The notes under the pieces: model-generated | Databases searched by the model: none | Seen by the model: the letters and a program-made list of their open reading frames with translations, nothing else | Told to the model about the DNA's origin: nothing | Made by a program: the position numbers and the translations under genes | Shown here: in pieces, positions 1-12,490 of the stretch | Position numbering within the stretch: the stretch's first letter is position 1 | How the letters are laid out: the number at the start of each line of letters is the position of its first letter | Assembly: GCF_000002075.1 (NCBI RefSeq) | Contig: NW_004797283.1 | Span: forward strand, 2,386,170 to 2,450,029 | DNA: 63,860 nt | Direction of reading: 5' to 3' | DNA from: Aplysia californica | Lineage: Eukaryota

Positions 1-180
1 ATACATGAAATAATATCAAGAAGTTAGCATGGGATAGGAAAAGGTGGAAACTGTTCATGGCCTATACCCTTATGCAGAGTGAGAAAGGCAGTGTTGATGA
101 TGATGATGCTATTTATGAGATCGAGTTGTTTGAGACCCCATGTAAGTTTCCATTTCATTTCTTCTTTCTTTCTCATTCAG

Positions 181-325
181 AAGCGCATATTGGTATGTGC
201 AAACCTTTGCGTCAAGTTGTCTTCAACAGTGCAGCATTTGTGTACCCTCAGCTGCTGCCTTCACTCAGATTGTTTGCCAAATCAAAAGGGAACAAGTACC
301 GGAATGTGATGCCCAGCGAAGACAA
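181..325 (+). CDS. GON4L: GON-4-like protein, internal coding exon (first in window; gene starts upstream)
   Basis: Strong polypyrimidine tract + cag at 178-180, donor gtaat at 326. Encodes AHIGMCKPLRQVVFNSAAFVYPQLLP...VMPSED, resembling GON4L VFMYPELLP...FTKAED as I recall it. Confidence 0.85.
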
Positions 326-967
326 GTAATGCTGGGGGGGTTTATTGGGGTTTTTTTTTTGGTTTTAAAGAATTCTTTAATTGCACTTACTTCAGCTCTT
401 CTTTTTCCCACAAAGTCCATTTTAGATTCCCCCTTCTGCAAAAGTTGGAAGCAACTATCAAAGCGAAAGGGAATCTTGTCTAAATACTTAGCAGAAATGA
501 CAGCCATATGAGTCTTATATTTTGGCCAGGTGACACCTGATGCTTTTAACTATTTCACCACCATAACTTAGGTCTGTTTAGTCGAGCACTTACTTCAAGA
601 GCGAGCATAGTGACTTATTTTAAAAATATATGATTTCTAAAGTTGATAATGTCTTTGTGCCCCTCCCTGCTTTCTACTCTTTCAACATTCCTTTCTTTAG
701 CTTTACTTGATATTAATATTTATATAGCCTGTAACTTTAGAAAAGACTAAATGACCAAATGAAATGCTAGTTTCAGGATTATGCCATTTTAGATCAATTT
801 AATTCATTTCTGTTTTTTGCTTATAATCCTGCTTTTGCACAGTCCCGATGACATGCAGTTGTTGTGTTCTCTTGGACAATTTACTTAACATGTCCTAGGC
901 TTAGTGTGAATACCCTCTCTCATGTAGGCTATAAAAAGGGACCCTAAGTGGAACACACTCTGTCACC

Positions 968-1368
968 TCCCCCCCCCCCCGCGGGAAGTGCTACTGACTG
1001 AAGTGTCTATAGGCCATTCCCAAAGGGGGGATATTAACATGTTATTGTGCACAATAGAATTGTAAAGGGCTGATTTATCAATGTCATGCTCATACTGTAC
1101 TAGAACGACATAGGGGGAACTGCTGCTTTTTCTTTACTCTTTCTTACTATCATCATTTTTTCCTCTACTTCTTTTGTATGTTTGTCACTCTCTTGTGAAC
1201 TTCTATTTCCGGAGTGCCTCGAAAGTCGAAGCAGACTGTGCTGTTGAGGCTAGAGAGGTGAGCAGAGTAAGGCTGATTCCCCATTTGGACTTCTCTTTTG
1301 ACATCCACCCCTTGGCGCACATATGACCTTGCAGTTGCGAGTGGCGTAAAACCTTACTAAAACTAAAA
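968..1368 (+). mobile_element. SINE-like family B (~400 bp) copy
   Basis: Homologous to five other copies. 3' hairpin GGCGC...GAGTGGCG plus (TAAAAC)n tail; TSD-like acactctgYca. Confidence 0.85.
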
Positions 1369-1496
1369 ACACTCTGCCATTTAGCAGGACAAAACTACTG
1401 TGGTCTGTGAATTATTCCTCCACTTTAACCTTTTGTTGTTGGAGGGCTTGATTTGTTTCTAACCATGCAACAAAATATTCCTGACATCTATTGTAG

Positions 1497-1653
1497 TCTC
1501 ATCGCCCTGGGCTTGTTGGAGTTTCGGAACTGCCAGGATGCCAATACAGTTGATCTCATTGCTGAGCTGTTACTCCGTGGTAAAGATGGCAAACAGGTAC
1601 AACACCGCATCTATCGCATGTGTCACTGCAAGCAGGAACAAAATGTCATCAAG
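1497..1653 (+). CDS. GON4L: GON4L exon (N)LIALGLLEF...GKDGKQVQHRIYRMCHCKQEQNVIK
   Basis: tag/gtagg boundaries. The phase-2 join gives EDNLIALGL, matching the GON4L motif EDNLLALGL...KT..QL..RI.N...NIIK. Confidence 0.92.
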
Positions 1654-2198
1654 GTAGGGTACTGTTGTTGTAGTTTTTGTTGTATTGTTGTAATGACAAA
1701 TGCCATCTTGATTCATTTGCCTCTTTCACTCTGGTATTGAGTATTGGCCGTCAAGAAGTGCACTCAATCTATCTCTCTTTTCTAGCCAATCTTCTCCACC
1801 TCCTGCCAGCTGTGTCCCATAAGTTGCCCCGTGACTTGTACTTTTTTTCTTAATTCTATGCTGTCGTAGGCGGGAGAGGTTACAAGTTATTCTCTAAAGT
1901 GTTTTGATGTTGATGTCAGTCCAGCAGCCATCAAGCTTGTCCTGTTGAGCCCTGTACCTTGTTGCGGAGGACAGAAATATAACAAAATGGTCTCTCCATC
2001 CAAAGTGTTGTTTAACCCCTTTGTTGCTTTTTGATGTAGGCCTACTTTGTACGTCGAGAAAGTGTGTAATTTTTAGCCTTGCCTATACCATGGACGTCAT
2101 GGAAGTTTGCAAAATTTGCCATTCCTGGTTGTGTGCAAGACATAACATGTACGTCATGCTAATCATCTGGCTCTAATTCTTCTGTATAGAGATTTAGC

Positions 2199-2374
2199 AG
2201 TGGGTGATTGGTGGGTGCGCTGGTGTGGTTTGCTTCTTTTTTCCTATCAAACATCTATTGTCCTTTTCTCCTCTTTTTCTTTTTTATGTTTGTTACTCTC
2301 ATGTAGCACCTCTAACCTTCTGGCGCTCATATGACCTTATGCAGTTGCGAGTGCCGTAAAACCTCTACTTAAAA
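2199..2374 (+). mobile_element. SINE-like family A (~175 bp) copy
   Basis: GTGGGTGRTTGG start, shared tail, TSD agagatttagc. Confidence 0.9.
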
Positions 2375-2386
2375 AGAGATTTAGCA

Positions 2387-2792
2387 ACCCCCCGGGGCGG
2401 TGCTACTGACTGAAGTGTCTTTTGGCTGTTCCCAAAGGGGGGACATTAATATGTTCTTATGCACAGTAGATTTGTAAATTATAAATGGGCTGATTCATCA
2501 ATATTATGCTCATAACTGTACCTGAATTGTAACAGGAAACTGCTGCTTTTTTCTTTCTTTATCTTTACTATCGTCATTTTTCCTCTACTTCTTTTGTATG
2601 TTTGTCACACTCTTGTGACCCGCTATTTTCAGAGCGCCTTGATAGTCGAAACAGACTTTGTGCTGTTGAAGCTAGAGAGGTGAGCAGAGTAAGCCCGATT
2701 CCCTGTAAGGACTTCTCTGTTGACATCCACCCCTTGGCTCTCATATGACCTTATGCAGTTGTGAGCTCCGAAAAACCTCTACTAAGACTAAA
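2387..2792 (+). mobile_element. SINE-like family B copy
   Basis: Full length, flanked by agagatttagc on both sides. Confidence 0.9.
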
Positions 2793-3461
2793 AGAGATTT
2801 AGCCTCAAGAACAGCCTGGATTCATATTCAGGAATAAAAAAATGCTTGTTGGGCACCAAATTTGCTAGTATCATTTTACTGCTAGGCTGCAAGCAGTCAA
2901 TAAACTTAGGTCTAGTTTTGTGGACAACCACATGTTCTCGCAAAACGCTAACGCCTAATTGACTTTAAAAAGGCAGAAAATTTTACCTTTTGATTCAGAT
3001 CTGCAAATTTGTTTAAACCATGAGTGAGATAGAGATTATAAGGAATGAGGAAAACGAGGAAAGTCACATTATCGAAGACCTGGGGTCTGAAAAATGTCAT
3101 GAGTGGGCTAGATCTAGACAGCGAGTCCACTAATACTGAGACATGAGACTCCTGTCCTGGCTAACCCACATCACTGAAAACCAGTGCTGACAGTAGGAAC
3201 GCACACCCCCGGCAATGAAGGAGTTAATTTGGGGAGGGGTGAAAGAAGCCACTGCTGGAGATCTCATTACCCAGAACATTGAACGAATAGACACTGGGCT
3301 GTTACATACAAGTGTCTGCAGGGCAAACACAGTGGTGAGCTTTCTGTGTTAGTTCTGCCCAAGTTGTTATTGGTATTATGTGCTCTTTTTGTTGTCTTAA
3401 TCAGAAACATTTTTAGAGTGTGTTGAACTGAAGGCAAAAAATGCATCTTTCTTGTCGACAG

Positions 3462-3575
3462 TATGTGAAACAGAAAGGCAGGTTGCCTCCTTCCTTCCCG
3501 AAACCAAGAGTTGACGAATTTTACGCTTGTCCTCCAAGAGATCAGCTTCCACATTTGTTACCTCCTTGGCTGAGG
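3462..3575 (+). CDS. GON4L: GON4L exon YVKQKGRLPPSFPKPRVDEFYACPPRDQLPHLLPPWLR
   Basis: cag/gtaag, 114 nt, phase 0-0. Resembles GON4L YKKTKQLP...PP......LPFWLK. Absent from the ORF track. Confidence 0.88.
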
Positions 3576-4693
3576 GTAAGAATTCTGCCTTTTGATAATT
3601 TTCTCTTTTAGTTCCCTATAGCCTCTCACTCTGCACTTTCATTCAAACTGAAAATATGAGTTAAACATCATCAGTTGTTTTACCATTTTCTAAAGGTTGG
3701 CTTGAAAATTTATTAGCTTAATTTTTTTCAGAGTTAAGTTTTTATGCTTTTTGAACTTAAATACTAGCTTAGAGTTTTAGAAGATAATTTGGAACAACAC
3801 TTGTATGGGAGAGTTGATCAGTTTTAAAACTCCTTTAATAATTTCACGATGAAGTACGGGTTGGACTAGCTAGTATCATCACAATTAAAATACTTTTATG
3901 ATTACTTTGAGATACTATAGGGTTTTCATTTTTTCTGTTACATTGGGAGGTCCGAAACGCTTCGAAAGAAAAAATGGTGTCCAATGGCATACAAGGTGAC
4001 CCAAGTAAACCATACACTCATTGCCTTTGACTTTATGGAAGCATATTGATTTACAACAGAAATGTTTTCTATGAGATACCAGAATTGATTGGAGTACCCT
4101 TGAAGTGTCAAATTGGTGTGCTTTTAGTACTTAAGCCTAGTGGAAGGCACCATCTTAATGATGAAACAAAAGTATATACAATGAACACAGCATTTCCCAA
4201 AATCTTTGACGTTTTATTTATTACATAAAGTTATGGTCTACAGCTGATCCTCTAAAGACTTATACAAATTAGGTCATTTTGCATCTGTGTTGTTTCTCAT
4301 GGAAAGACTGAAAAAGGCACTTGCGCTGTGCTCATATTTTAATGATGGTCCCCATACATTATGCTTTGATTGTCTTTGTCTTGTGAAAATGGGTTTCATC
4401 CAATTTGATAGTTTCCTATGCATATATAATTATCTTCAGGAACACATATGAGTGTTCCCTTTTGCCATTTTGATTTTGTTATTAAGATCTACTCATTTTG
4501 CAAAAATGATATTAACTGTCTCCATTTAGTTTTTAGAAGTTCAATATTTCTTTCTTTTCAGATTTTTCCCGTCCTTTTGTGTATATTTTGTCTCAGTAAA
4601 ACTATTTTGTAGTTTTTAAATCTAATTGGCATAATGATTTGTTTTGCTGTTCTCCATTAAATAAATCTTATCACATTTTATATTTTTTCACAG

Positions 4694-4729
4694 AGAATGC
4701 AAGATGGGCTCAGATATAAACTATTTAAG
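4694..4729 (+). CDS. GON4L: GON4L 36-nt microexon RMQDGLRYKLFK
   Basis: ttttttcacag acceptor, AAG/gtaatt donor, phase 0-0, open frame. No homology support. Confidence 0.6.
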
Positions 4730-5229
4730 GTAATTTTCTGTGGTTCTTTTTTATAAAACCCTATCCGTACTTTGTGTTTTACTATCGTACCTATACGACG
4801 TGGGGAACTATGTGCTCCCACTTTCCAATTAGGAAATTTACTCGTTAATCTGTACACTTTGCATAGCAGTCTGTCAAAATGATTTTTTGAGAAATACTGA
4901 AAGTTTCAAAGAGATTTTTGCATTAGAAATATTCTAAAATGTGAAGAATACAACCCCTGGGGTACAAAGGATAACTTAGTTGCTCTTTTTTTTTCTTACT
5001 TTTAGCATGACAGTTTGAAAAATAATTTTTTCTCAGATGTCTTACATTTTTACATCTCTGATTGTCTTTGAAGACATTGTCTTTGAAGACCATCTCACTT
5101 TGGGTCCTGTTATGAGCTTTTAATGTTGGGTTTGTCTGTTTGCTTATTTTTGGGGGGAGGGGTATTCGTATGACATGAAATTGTATGAGTATCTGGTTTG
5201 CAGGAGTGCAAGACCATAAACTAATACTT

Positions 5230-5408
5230 GTGGGAGGTTGGCGGGTGCTCTGGTGTGGTTCGCTTCTTCTTTCCTATCCAACGTCTATCATCCTTATCTC
5301 CCCTCCTTCTTTTTTGTGTTTGTTACTCTCTTGTAACCCCTCTTATCTTCGGGACTTATATGACCTATTGTGTTGCAAGTGCCGTAAAACTTTTACTAAA
5401 ACTAAAAC
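5230..5408 (+). mobile_element. SINE-like family A copy
   Basis: Matches the family consensus; ends about 37 nt before the exon acceptor. Confidence 0.9.
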
Positions 5409-5445
5409 TTATACTGTAGGCTCTACAACGTTGTTCTTTTATCAG

Positions 5446-5735
5446 GAGCAAGACAAGGTATTAAAGAAGCGAGAAAGACAACAGCAGTTAGAGGATTCTG
5501 ACAGTTCTGATGGTCAAATGAGAAGACCTCGAAAGAAGCCGCGGAAGTCCAGACTTTTCAAAAAACGAAAAAAACATAATCATTTTAGTGATTCTGATGA
5601 TGATCCTGATCAAACAAAAGCTCCTAACAAGGTCAAAGTTTTAAAGAAACAAGGAAAACAGCAGGAGCCTCTTCATTCTAATAGTGCTGATGGTCAAAGG
5701 ATAGCAGATCAAAAGTCCAAGTCCAAGAAGATATT
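5446..5735 (+). CDS. GON4L: GON4L exon, basic/NLS-like (EQDKVLKKRER...KSKSKKI)
   Basis: cag/gtaag. Phase 0 start and phase 2 end fit the neighbouring exons. It is the 3' part of ORF 5185..5739. Confidence 0.8.
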
Positions 5736-6020
5736 GTAAGTCTTGTTAATTTCTTTTTTGTTTTGTTTTTTTCTACATGCTGCTACATTAGAATTGCAAA
5801 GTTCTATCTCACATTTTTGGCCATTTTGAGTCATTAAGACCATGAGATGAGAAACCAAATATTCTTTCTGCCCTATCAAAATCGTAAGATTATTCACAGT
5901 GGTTGTCAAGAAATTCAAAGAATTACATTAGAAAAAACTTGACATGATGTGAAACTCAAACTTTTTTGTGTCAAATTTCTCAAAACTTGGTACTGAGCAG
6001 ATACAACTTTGTCATTCTGA

Positions 6021-6200
6021 GGTAGTGGATGGTTGGCGGGCACTGTGGTGTGGTTTGTTCCTTCTTTCCCATCTGTCATTCTTACCTTTACTTCTTCATT
6101 TTTATGTTTGTTATTCTCTTGTAACACATGTAATCGTCGGCACTTATATGACCTAATTGTGTTGAGAGTGCCATAAAACTTACTAAAACAAAAACTAAAA
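6021..6200 (+). mobile_element. SINE-like family A copy (diverged)
   Basis: Matches the family consensus. Confidence 0.85.
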
Positions 6201-6267
6201 TGAAATACTTGTGTGAAACATATATTTTTTCTCTCCCTTTGGTATGCCATTCGCCATCCTTACTGTG

Positions 6268-6813
6268 CAGGGGGTGGGGGGGGTGGGGGTCATTTACATC
6301 TCAAGTTTTTATGCACAGTAGAATTGTAATTGTAAATGGGCTGATTCATTAATGTCCTGCTCACAACTGTGCCTGAACTGCAACAGGGAACTGTTGCTGT
6401 TTCTTTCCTAATCCTTACTATCGTCATTTTTCCTCTACTTCTTCTGTATGTTTGGGGGTGGCTTGATAGTCGAAGCAGACTTTGTGCGTGGGTGGTTGGC
6501 GGGTGCTCTGGTGTGGTTTGCTTCTTCTTTCCTATCAAACATCTATCGTCCTTATCTCCCCTCCTTCTTTTTTATGTTTATTACTCTCTTGTAACTACTC
6601 TAATCTTCTGGCGCTCATATGACCTTATATGCAGTTGCGAGCGCCGTAAAACCTCTACTAAAACAAAACAAATAAGACTTTGTGCTGTTGAAACTAGAGA
6701 GGTGAGCAGAGTAAGTCTAATTCCCTGTACGGATTTCTCTGATGACATCCACCCCTTGGTGCTCATATGACCTAATGCAGTTGCGAGCGCCGTAAAACCT
6801 CTACAAAAACAAA
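6268..6813 (+). mobile_element. Family B copy with nested family A insertion (6488-6674)
   Basis: Outer TSD cttactgtg; inner TSD agactttgtgc at 6477 and 6675. Confidence 0.9.
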
Positions 6814-9800
6814 CTTACTGTGTGAAACTTTTTGACCCATGTTGTTTTAGACTGAGGACCAGCAAAGGGTTGATGGATGCTCTTGTGTCATCTGCTCTCT
6901 CCTTTTCTTTTTTATGTGATTTTAATTTCCTCTTCTGCTTCCAGCGTCAGTGTGGCCATTATCTTATTGGCTTTTGGTAAATAAAGCTCAAAATGGAAAA
7001 CTTAATGCTAGACTGTCTTATTCCTGTGACTGTGAAATGTGATTGCTTTTTTCTTGGTACTCTGCTCAAAAGGCTGTTACTATTAATTACTCTGTATATC
7101 TCATAGCTGCAATTTGTTATCAAAATGACCCAATTTTGATATGCATGTACATGAAGCTAACCCCTGCAACTTTGGTGTTAGCCTGAAACGCACAGAGTTA
7201 ATGATATATGATTTTGTGGCAAGGATCAATTTACATTTATAATACCTTGGGACTATCATTGGCCGTATTGAAAATGTTGTTTTATTTCTTTGTTGTTGTT
7301 GTTTACATTTTCCCTCTGCATTTATACATGCTTGGGACTGCCTTTGGCTGCATTAAAAATGTTAGCCTCAGAAGTTTCTGCTTCTGCTGTAGAAACGACG
7401 GTGTGCTAAAATTCTCTTTGATACATCTTTTGGGTTTGAAAATGCAAGTGAATGAAACCTTGAGTCTCTCATTCTCAATACATTTTGAAGGAAAGTTTAG
7501 TCCGACCAATCAAAATGAAATATGAGATAAATGTCTCATTTGCAAAAACATCTCCGCCTTTGATCTAACCTTCCATTCCTGATCTAAATGCATTCAGTGC
7601 TTGGCCATCAATGTCTCGTCACTTGCTGTCGCAACTTACTTGTCAATCATAATCGTTATCACTACAGAATGCTTTGTTATAAATATATCCATAGCCTGGT
7701 CGTGGACATCATACCGTCTCTTTACGTGCTTCTTAATTTACTTGTTAATAATATTTAATTTTTTACCAATACAAAATTGTTTGATCTAAACAACACCACT
7801 AAATAAAGCATTCCACCAACCGACACACCGCAATTGTAAATGCCACCATGTTTGATCTAATTGTCCCCCCCTGACTTATGCCATGCGGTAGACTGTTGTC
7901 TATCGGACAGGACTTACGGTTAACCACCATATCACAATAGACCAGCAACTAAACTGGCACCTGATTTTTTAATAATTATAGTAGGCTACTTCTCATTAGT
8001 TTCACGTTCAATAGCTATGTTTCATTCATTTCCTGCTTATGGTTTGAGGGGGTGGGGGGGTTTGCTTAGTTTTCCCAGCTCGATCTGTTCTAGTCCCTCT
8101 GGGGTTGTTGAAAGAAGGCCCGTCTTTTGCATACATCTCAATTCTGGATATAATATGTAGAGGTTACCAAAACTGTGTTGTTATGATGATCTATGATCTT
8201 TAGTGTTTTAGACTGATGAACTCAAGTGCATGCTTGAGTGTAACAACCTTTACCCTTATGTCCACTGAATGCACACCAGAGCGTATAGTTTTTATATATC
8301 CAAAGGAACTCAGGTGTGCATGTATGGTAGGCTCTTGGAGGCAGTGCTCAAAGGGTTAAGCACATAATATTGTATCAATATGGCGAGAGGTTGGACCCCT
8401 ATCTTTTATATCTTTGCTTACTTTGAACCAATCTGTTGTCTCTTCATGTAATCTTTTTCACTGTTACCTGGTCTTTTATAGATGTTGCATAATTCATACA
8501 ACCTGTGTCAGGAACCACATTTCTCTAATTATCTTTCCTCCTACAACCATTGAAGCAAATACATCTGCACTGCATTCTTTTTCTTTTATTTTTCTTCTGG
8601 ATATTGTTTAGGAAAATCAAAACGGAACTAAATACTGGGCATAAGATTTAATAATAATGAACTTGAGAGAATATTGCGTTGAAGTGGGAGGGACAAGGAG
8701 AACCTGACACTGACACACAAAAGAGGGAAGCATGCCACTTTGTCGCCAGCCTCGACTGTGTCTGGCATGATGGAAGTTATCACTGACACTCTCAAAAAGA
8801 GTAAATGAATGATTGATTGATTTTATGAACTGAATTTTATTTTTCAATTGTTGTTAACGAAAGAACATTCATTGTTGAAATTTTACAGAGAAATTTGCAT
8901 ACAAAAAGGAAGAATAAATATTGAACAACTCAAGCTGAATTAACATTTTAGAGGGACTGTCTCTACACTGCCAATTTGAAGGTGGAGAATAAAAAACCTA
9001 ACTTACAACTACAATGTAGTGTTAAAGTGCTGTAATTATGACCGTCATCAATACTCAATTACTTAAATGAAATTGTGACAAACTGGGCCTGTGACAAACT
9101 GGGCAGCCCCCCAAAAAAGAAGGAGAAGGGCAGCTTTACTAGTAGGCCTACCGGATTTTTTGTTAAAATCATCTAAAGTTTTCATCAGGAATTATATCAA
9201 GATTCGAGATCATTTTGTCGCTCCAAACACGTAAAAAACAAATACAAATACAAACAAACAAAAGTTTTTTTTTTGCTAGCCTGACTTTGGTCACGATATT
9301 TATAATCATTGGTCTCACCCATTTTGTGCACGGAGCCTCTCCTTCATAAAATATGATTTTCTACTGTTAGAGAGCACGTCAAATAATAACACTAAACTTG
9401 ACTAAACTAAAAATGAACCGACCGACATCATTGAACAAAGTTGGATGTCTCGGGGGAAAACCTAGATTTAGATTTAGATCTTTATGTTCAGCAACTTGAA
9501 TTTAGTCAGGGAACTTCATACCCGATTTGATATATTCTAATGATCGGAGACAGCCACGGTAAATTTTTACTTTCACTCCCGCACACAGATGCACTGTTTC
9601 AGCGGTCAAACTGCTGTACTGTTTGCTGCAGATCACACATAAACTGAGCCACTAAAACTGTCGCAAATCAATTATTTTCAAGACAATTTCAAATCTAACT
9701 GTAAAATATGAAATTATGGGTAAAAACACATGCCCCCCTGTAACCCCCCAGATTTTCTTTTACCCCAGTGGGGCAGGCACCCCTGGAAGCCCCCGATTGG

Positions 9801-10144
9801 TCCAAAGCATGTTTATCTCGGTTAAAAACAATCAAATATTTCAAAAACTATTAATTTGCGACTGGAAATGAAGTTGACATTCGTGTTCAGCGTATCAATA
9901 GTTAGTAGAAAATAGACAACTGGTAGCTGAGTGTGAGACGGGAGGGAAAGTAAAAAAATACCACAGTCACAGCCACGTCCACAGCAACTGCAAAGCCTTT
10001 GGAGAACAAAAGTAAGTTTGAGTGGCTGAACTTGATGGAAGTGGAAGAGAGTCGAGACGTCTCAGTCTCAACATATAGGCCTAACATTAACGGGTGCATT
10101 CTGCAGTTGCGACGCAATTTCCCGCTACAAAATGCAGAGTGGCT

Positions 10145-10450
10145 AGGTCTAGATCTAGAATTCTAGATTAGATCTAGATCTAGAGGTCTAGATCTCTATA
10201 TTATATAGATATCTTGATCTAGAATCAAGATAATCTGGATCAAGATCTAGACTCTAGGGTCTACCACTACCAAATACGTGATGGTCATTGATTCTTGATG
10301 ATATATGATGAGTATGAGGGAGCCTTGCCTTGTCATTTTTGGATAGAGTATCATAGAGTATCATAGAGTCTACTGATCTAGAATTCTAGATTAGATTTAG
10401 TTCTAGATCTAGATTAGATCTTGAAATCTAGATCTAGTAGGCTCTAGCTT
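10145..10450. repeat. Degenerate (TCTAGA/AGATCT)-rich tract
   Basis: Many overlapping TCTAGA and AGATCT hexamers in two clusters. Confidence 0.8.
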
Positions 10451-10679
10451 GAGCGATTGTTTAGATTCCCACATTTAATTCCGATACCTGTACGTTTTTC
10501 TGGGTTAGGGTTAGAGTCTATTAGAGATCAAAGCAAAACATGCCTGAGGCTTTGAAAGACGCACATCAGAATTAAACGTGGGAATCTTAACAAAATGCTC
10601 AGCTCTAGGTTTAGATCTAGATCTAGCTTGATCAGGGAATGTTTGTTTTCTTTCGGAAATTGCGGAGCCGATGGTAAAT

Positions 10680-11305
10680 TAATTAAAAGACCAGCTCTAT
10701 TTTTCCGAACATTCGCGAAAATAAACTTGAATATTTCTCCAAACGGTTTCCGTTCTCCAGATTTGCTGATAATAATTGCGAATGGAATGGCCCGTGTGTG
10801 AGTGAGTGTGCGTTTATGTGTGTGTGAGTGAGTGAGTGAGTGTGCTTGCATGTGTGTGAGAGTGAGTGTGTGTGTGTATGTTTGTGTATGTGAGTGAGTG
10901 TACGTGTGTGTAAGGTGTGGGGGCGGCATGGAGGGATTTTTTTTTGTTTACATGAGGGGTTTCAGTTTATGCTGGGTGACTAAACGCAAAATAGGTTACT
11001 ACCAAGGTCGATCAGTCTTGTTTTTTCGCAGTACCTTTTGAAGGCATTTTCAAATGAAGTATAGTCCGGGGACGTTACCCTAACCACAACTGAAGTATCT
11101 GAATATTCAGACATTAAAATATTTCTAGCTCTAGAAATTGAATTCGATGCAAAAAATGCTTCTTCCCAGTCCTCGCAGAATGGCAGAATGAAAGATGGCG
11201 CCTAAATCTCGCACCCAAATATCTTGAGAACGGAAACCGTTCGGAGAAAGATAGAGTTCAAGTTTATTTTCCCGAACGTTCGGAAAAATGGTCACTTCGA
11301 TTAAT
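10680..11305. mobile_element. MITE-like element with ~90 bp terminal inverted repeats and an internal (GT)-rich microsatellite
   Basis: ttttccgaacattcgcgaaaataaacttgaa...aacggtttccgttctc (about 10700-10760) is the reverse complement of 11225-11290. Confidence 0.7.
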
Positions 11306-11787
11306 GGGGTAATCCGGTTTTGGCCCCAACGATAACTATACTATGAAGTGTGGGTTTTGGCTCCACCGACAATTACTTCAGGTTCTAAACAATTAAAATT
11401 TAGACCTAGAGACTATTCGACGTGCATGCCAATAAGATGTTTGACGCTCGACGAGCAAGAGATGGGGGCCTTTCAAACCTAATTTCAAAATATCAAACAA
11501 GGGATTAGGACTAGATTCTAGGTCAGGGGAGAACACCCCCCCCCTTGTAAAAAACAAGTGAAATATTGCTGCTCATTTTGTACTGAAAAATAGCAGCGCC
11601 TCTCGCTCTCTTTTGAATAAATCATTGTTACTGAGTTTTTATTTAGGCTGGCTGTGGCTAGCCTATCTATGCGTAGGCTATGCGTGTACTGCCCTCTAAA
11701 AGTAGATCTAGATTTAGATCTAATTAAGTATGCTCACGGCTTTGATAATCGCTAGGCTGGACCGCGTCACTTAATCGATCGATATCT

Positions 11788-12133
11788 TGGCCTCGACAAA
11801 GATCATGTATAACAAGATAGTTCACCCCTCTATTTGAGCCAATTAAAAAAAAGTGTCCTCAAAATTTGGTGGCGTCCTCTTCTAAAAAGTGCGTATTTTG
11901 CGATCAGAGTTACCCTACTTGTGTGAAAAATAATTATTTTAAAGTGAAATCAGATAGCTTAGAATCTAGTATACACACTCTCTGGTGAAACTAACAAACT
12001 GTGCTAATTCTTACTCTGGAGAAATGAAAGAGAGCTTTAAAACAAAGACTGCAGCATCATCTGGACCAATGCGGACTTCCACTGACACTTTTTTTGGCTG
12101 AGAGAACTATCTTTTTATGTATGATCTTTGGCC
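11788..12133. mobile_element. MITE-like inverted-repeat element
   Basis: aaagatcatgtataacaagatagttc...gccaattaaaaaaaagtgtc is inverted at 12085-12133. Confidence 0.6.
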
Positions 12134-12343
12134 AAGAGACAGTCAACAAGGTCAGGATAACTTGCAAAGTCATTGGTCACTATATAACTTAGACCTGTAA
12201 TTTAAGTACGTCATTTTCCGTGTGTATGAATACTGAAATTTCATTGAAAAGGGTCAGCGTCTGTGTACTATGCCCTTTATATAGAGGGTCTGCGCACTTC
12301 CCGATCGAAGTAGGTCATCCCTATAGGCCTATATATATAGTAA

Positions 12344-12490
12344 AGGGCCTGCGTGCTTCCCGGATAGCCAGGCTCACTTATATCTAGGGCCTGCGTGCTT
12401 CCCGGATAGCCAGGCTCACTTATATCTAGGGCCTGCGTGCTTCCCGGATAGCCAGGCTCACTTATATCTAGGGCCTGCGCGCTTCCAGGG
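12344..12490. repeat. 42-bp tandem repeat, about 3.5 copies
   Basis: agggcctgcgtgcttcccggatagccaggctcacttatatct at 12344, 12386, 12428 and partially at 12470. Confidence 0.95.

Larger units (their letters stand above)
2016..3223. mobile_element. piggyBac-like non-autonomous element carrying two SINE insertions
   Basis: TTAA at 2012 and 3224; imperfect TIR CCCCTTTGTTGC / CTCCTTCATTGC (reverse complement). Confidence 0.5.

Noticed and set aside
78-141. Possible extra exon with a 39-nt intron (gtaagt at 142 to ag at 180)
   Set aside because: Splicing 141 to 181 creates CCA TAA (stop), and the intron would be very short. A longer exon reading through from 78 cannot be excluded, but the acceptor at 180 is much stronger.
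2636-2660. Hammerhead-like core in family B (cttgatagtcgaaac)
   Set aside because: It lacks CUGANGA and a stem II, and other copies read gaagc. No three-way junction was found by eye.
5185-6770. Recurring short ORFs with WVVGGCSGVVCFFFPIKHLS-like peptides
   Set aside because: They are translations of SINE family A/B copies, with frames that differ between copies.
12344-12490. CRISPR-like array
   Set aside because: Units are contiguous with no unique spacers, the context is eukaryotic and there are no cas genes.
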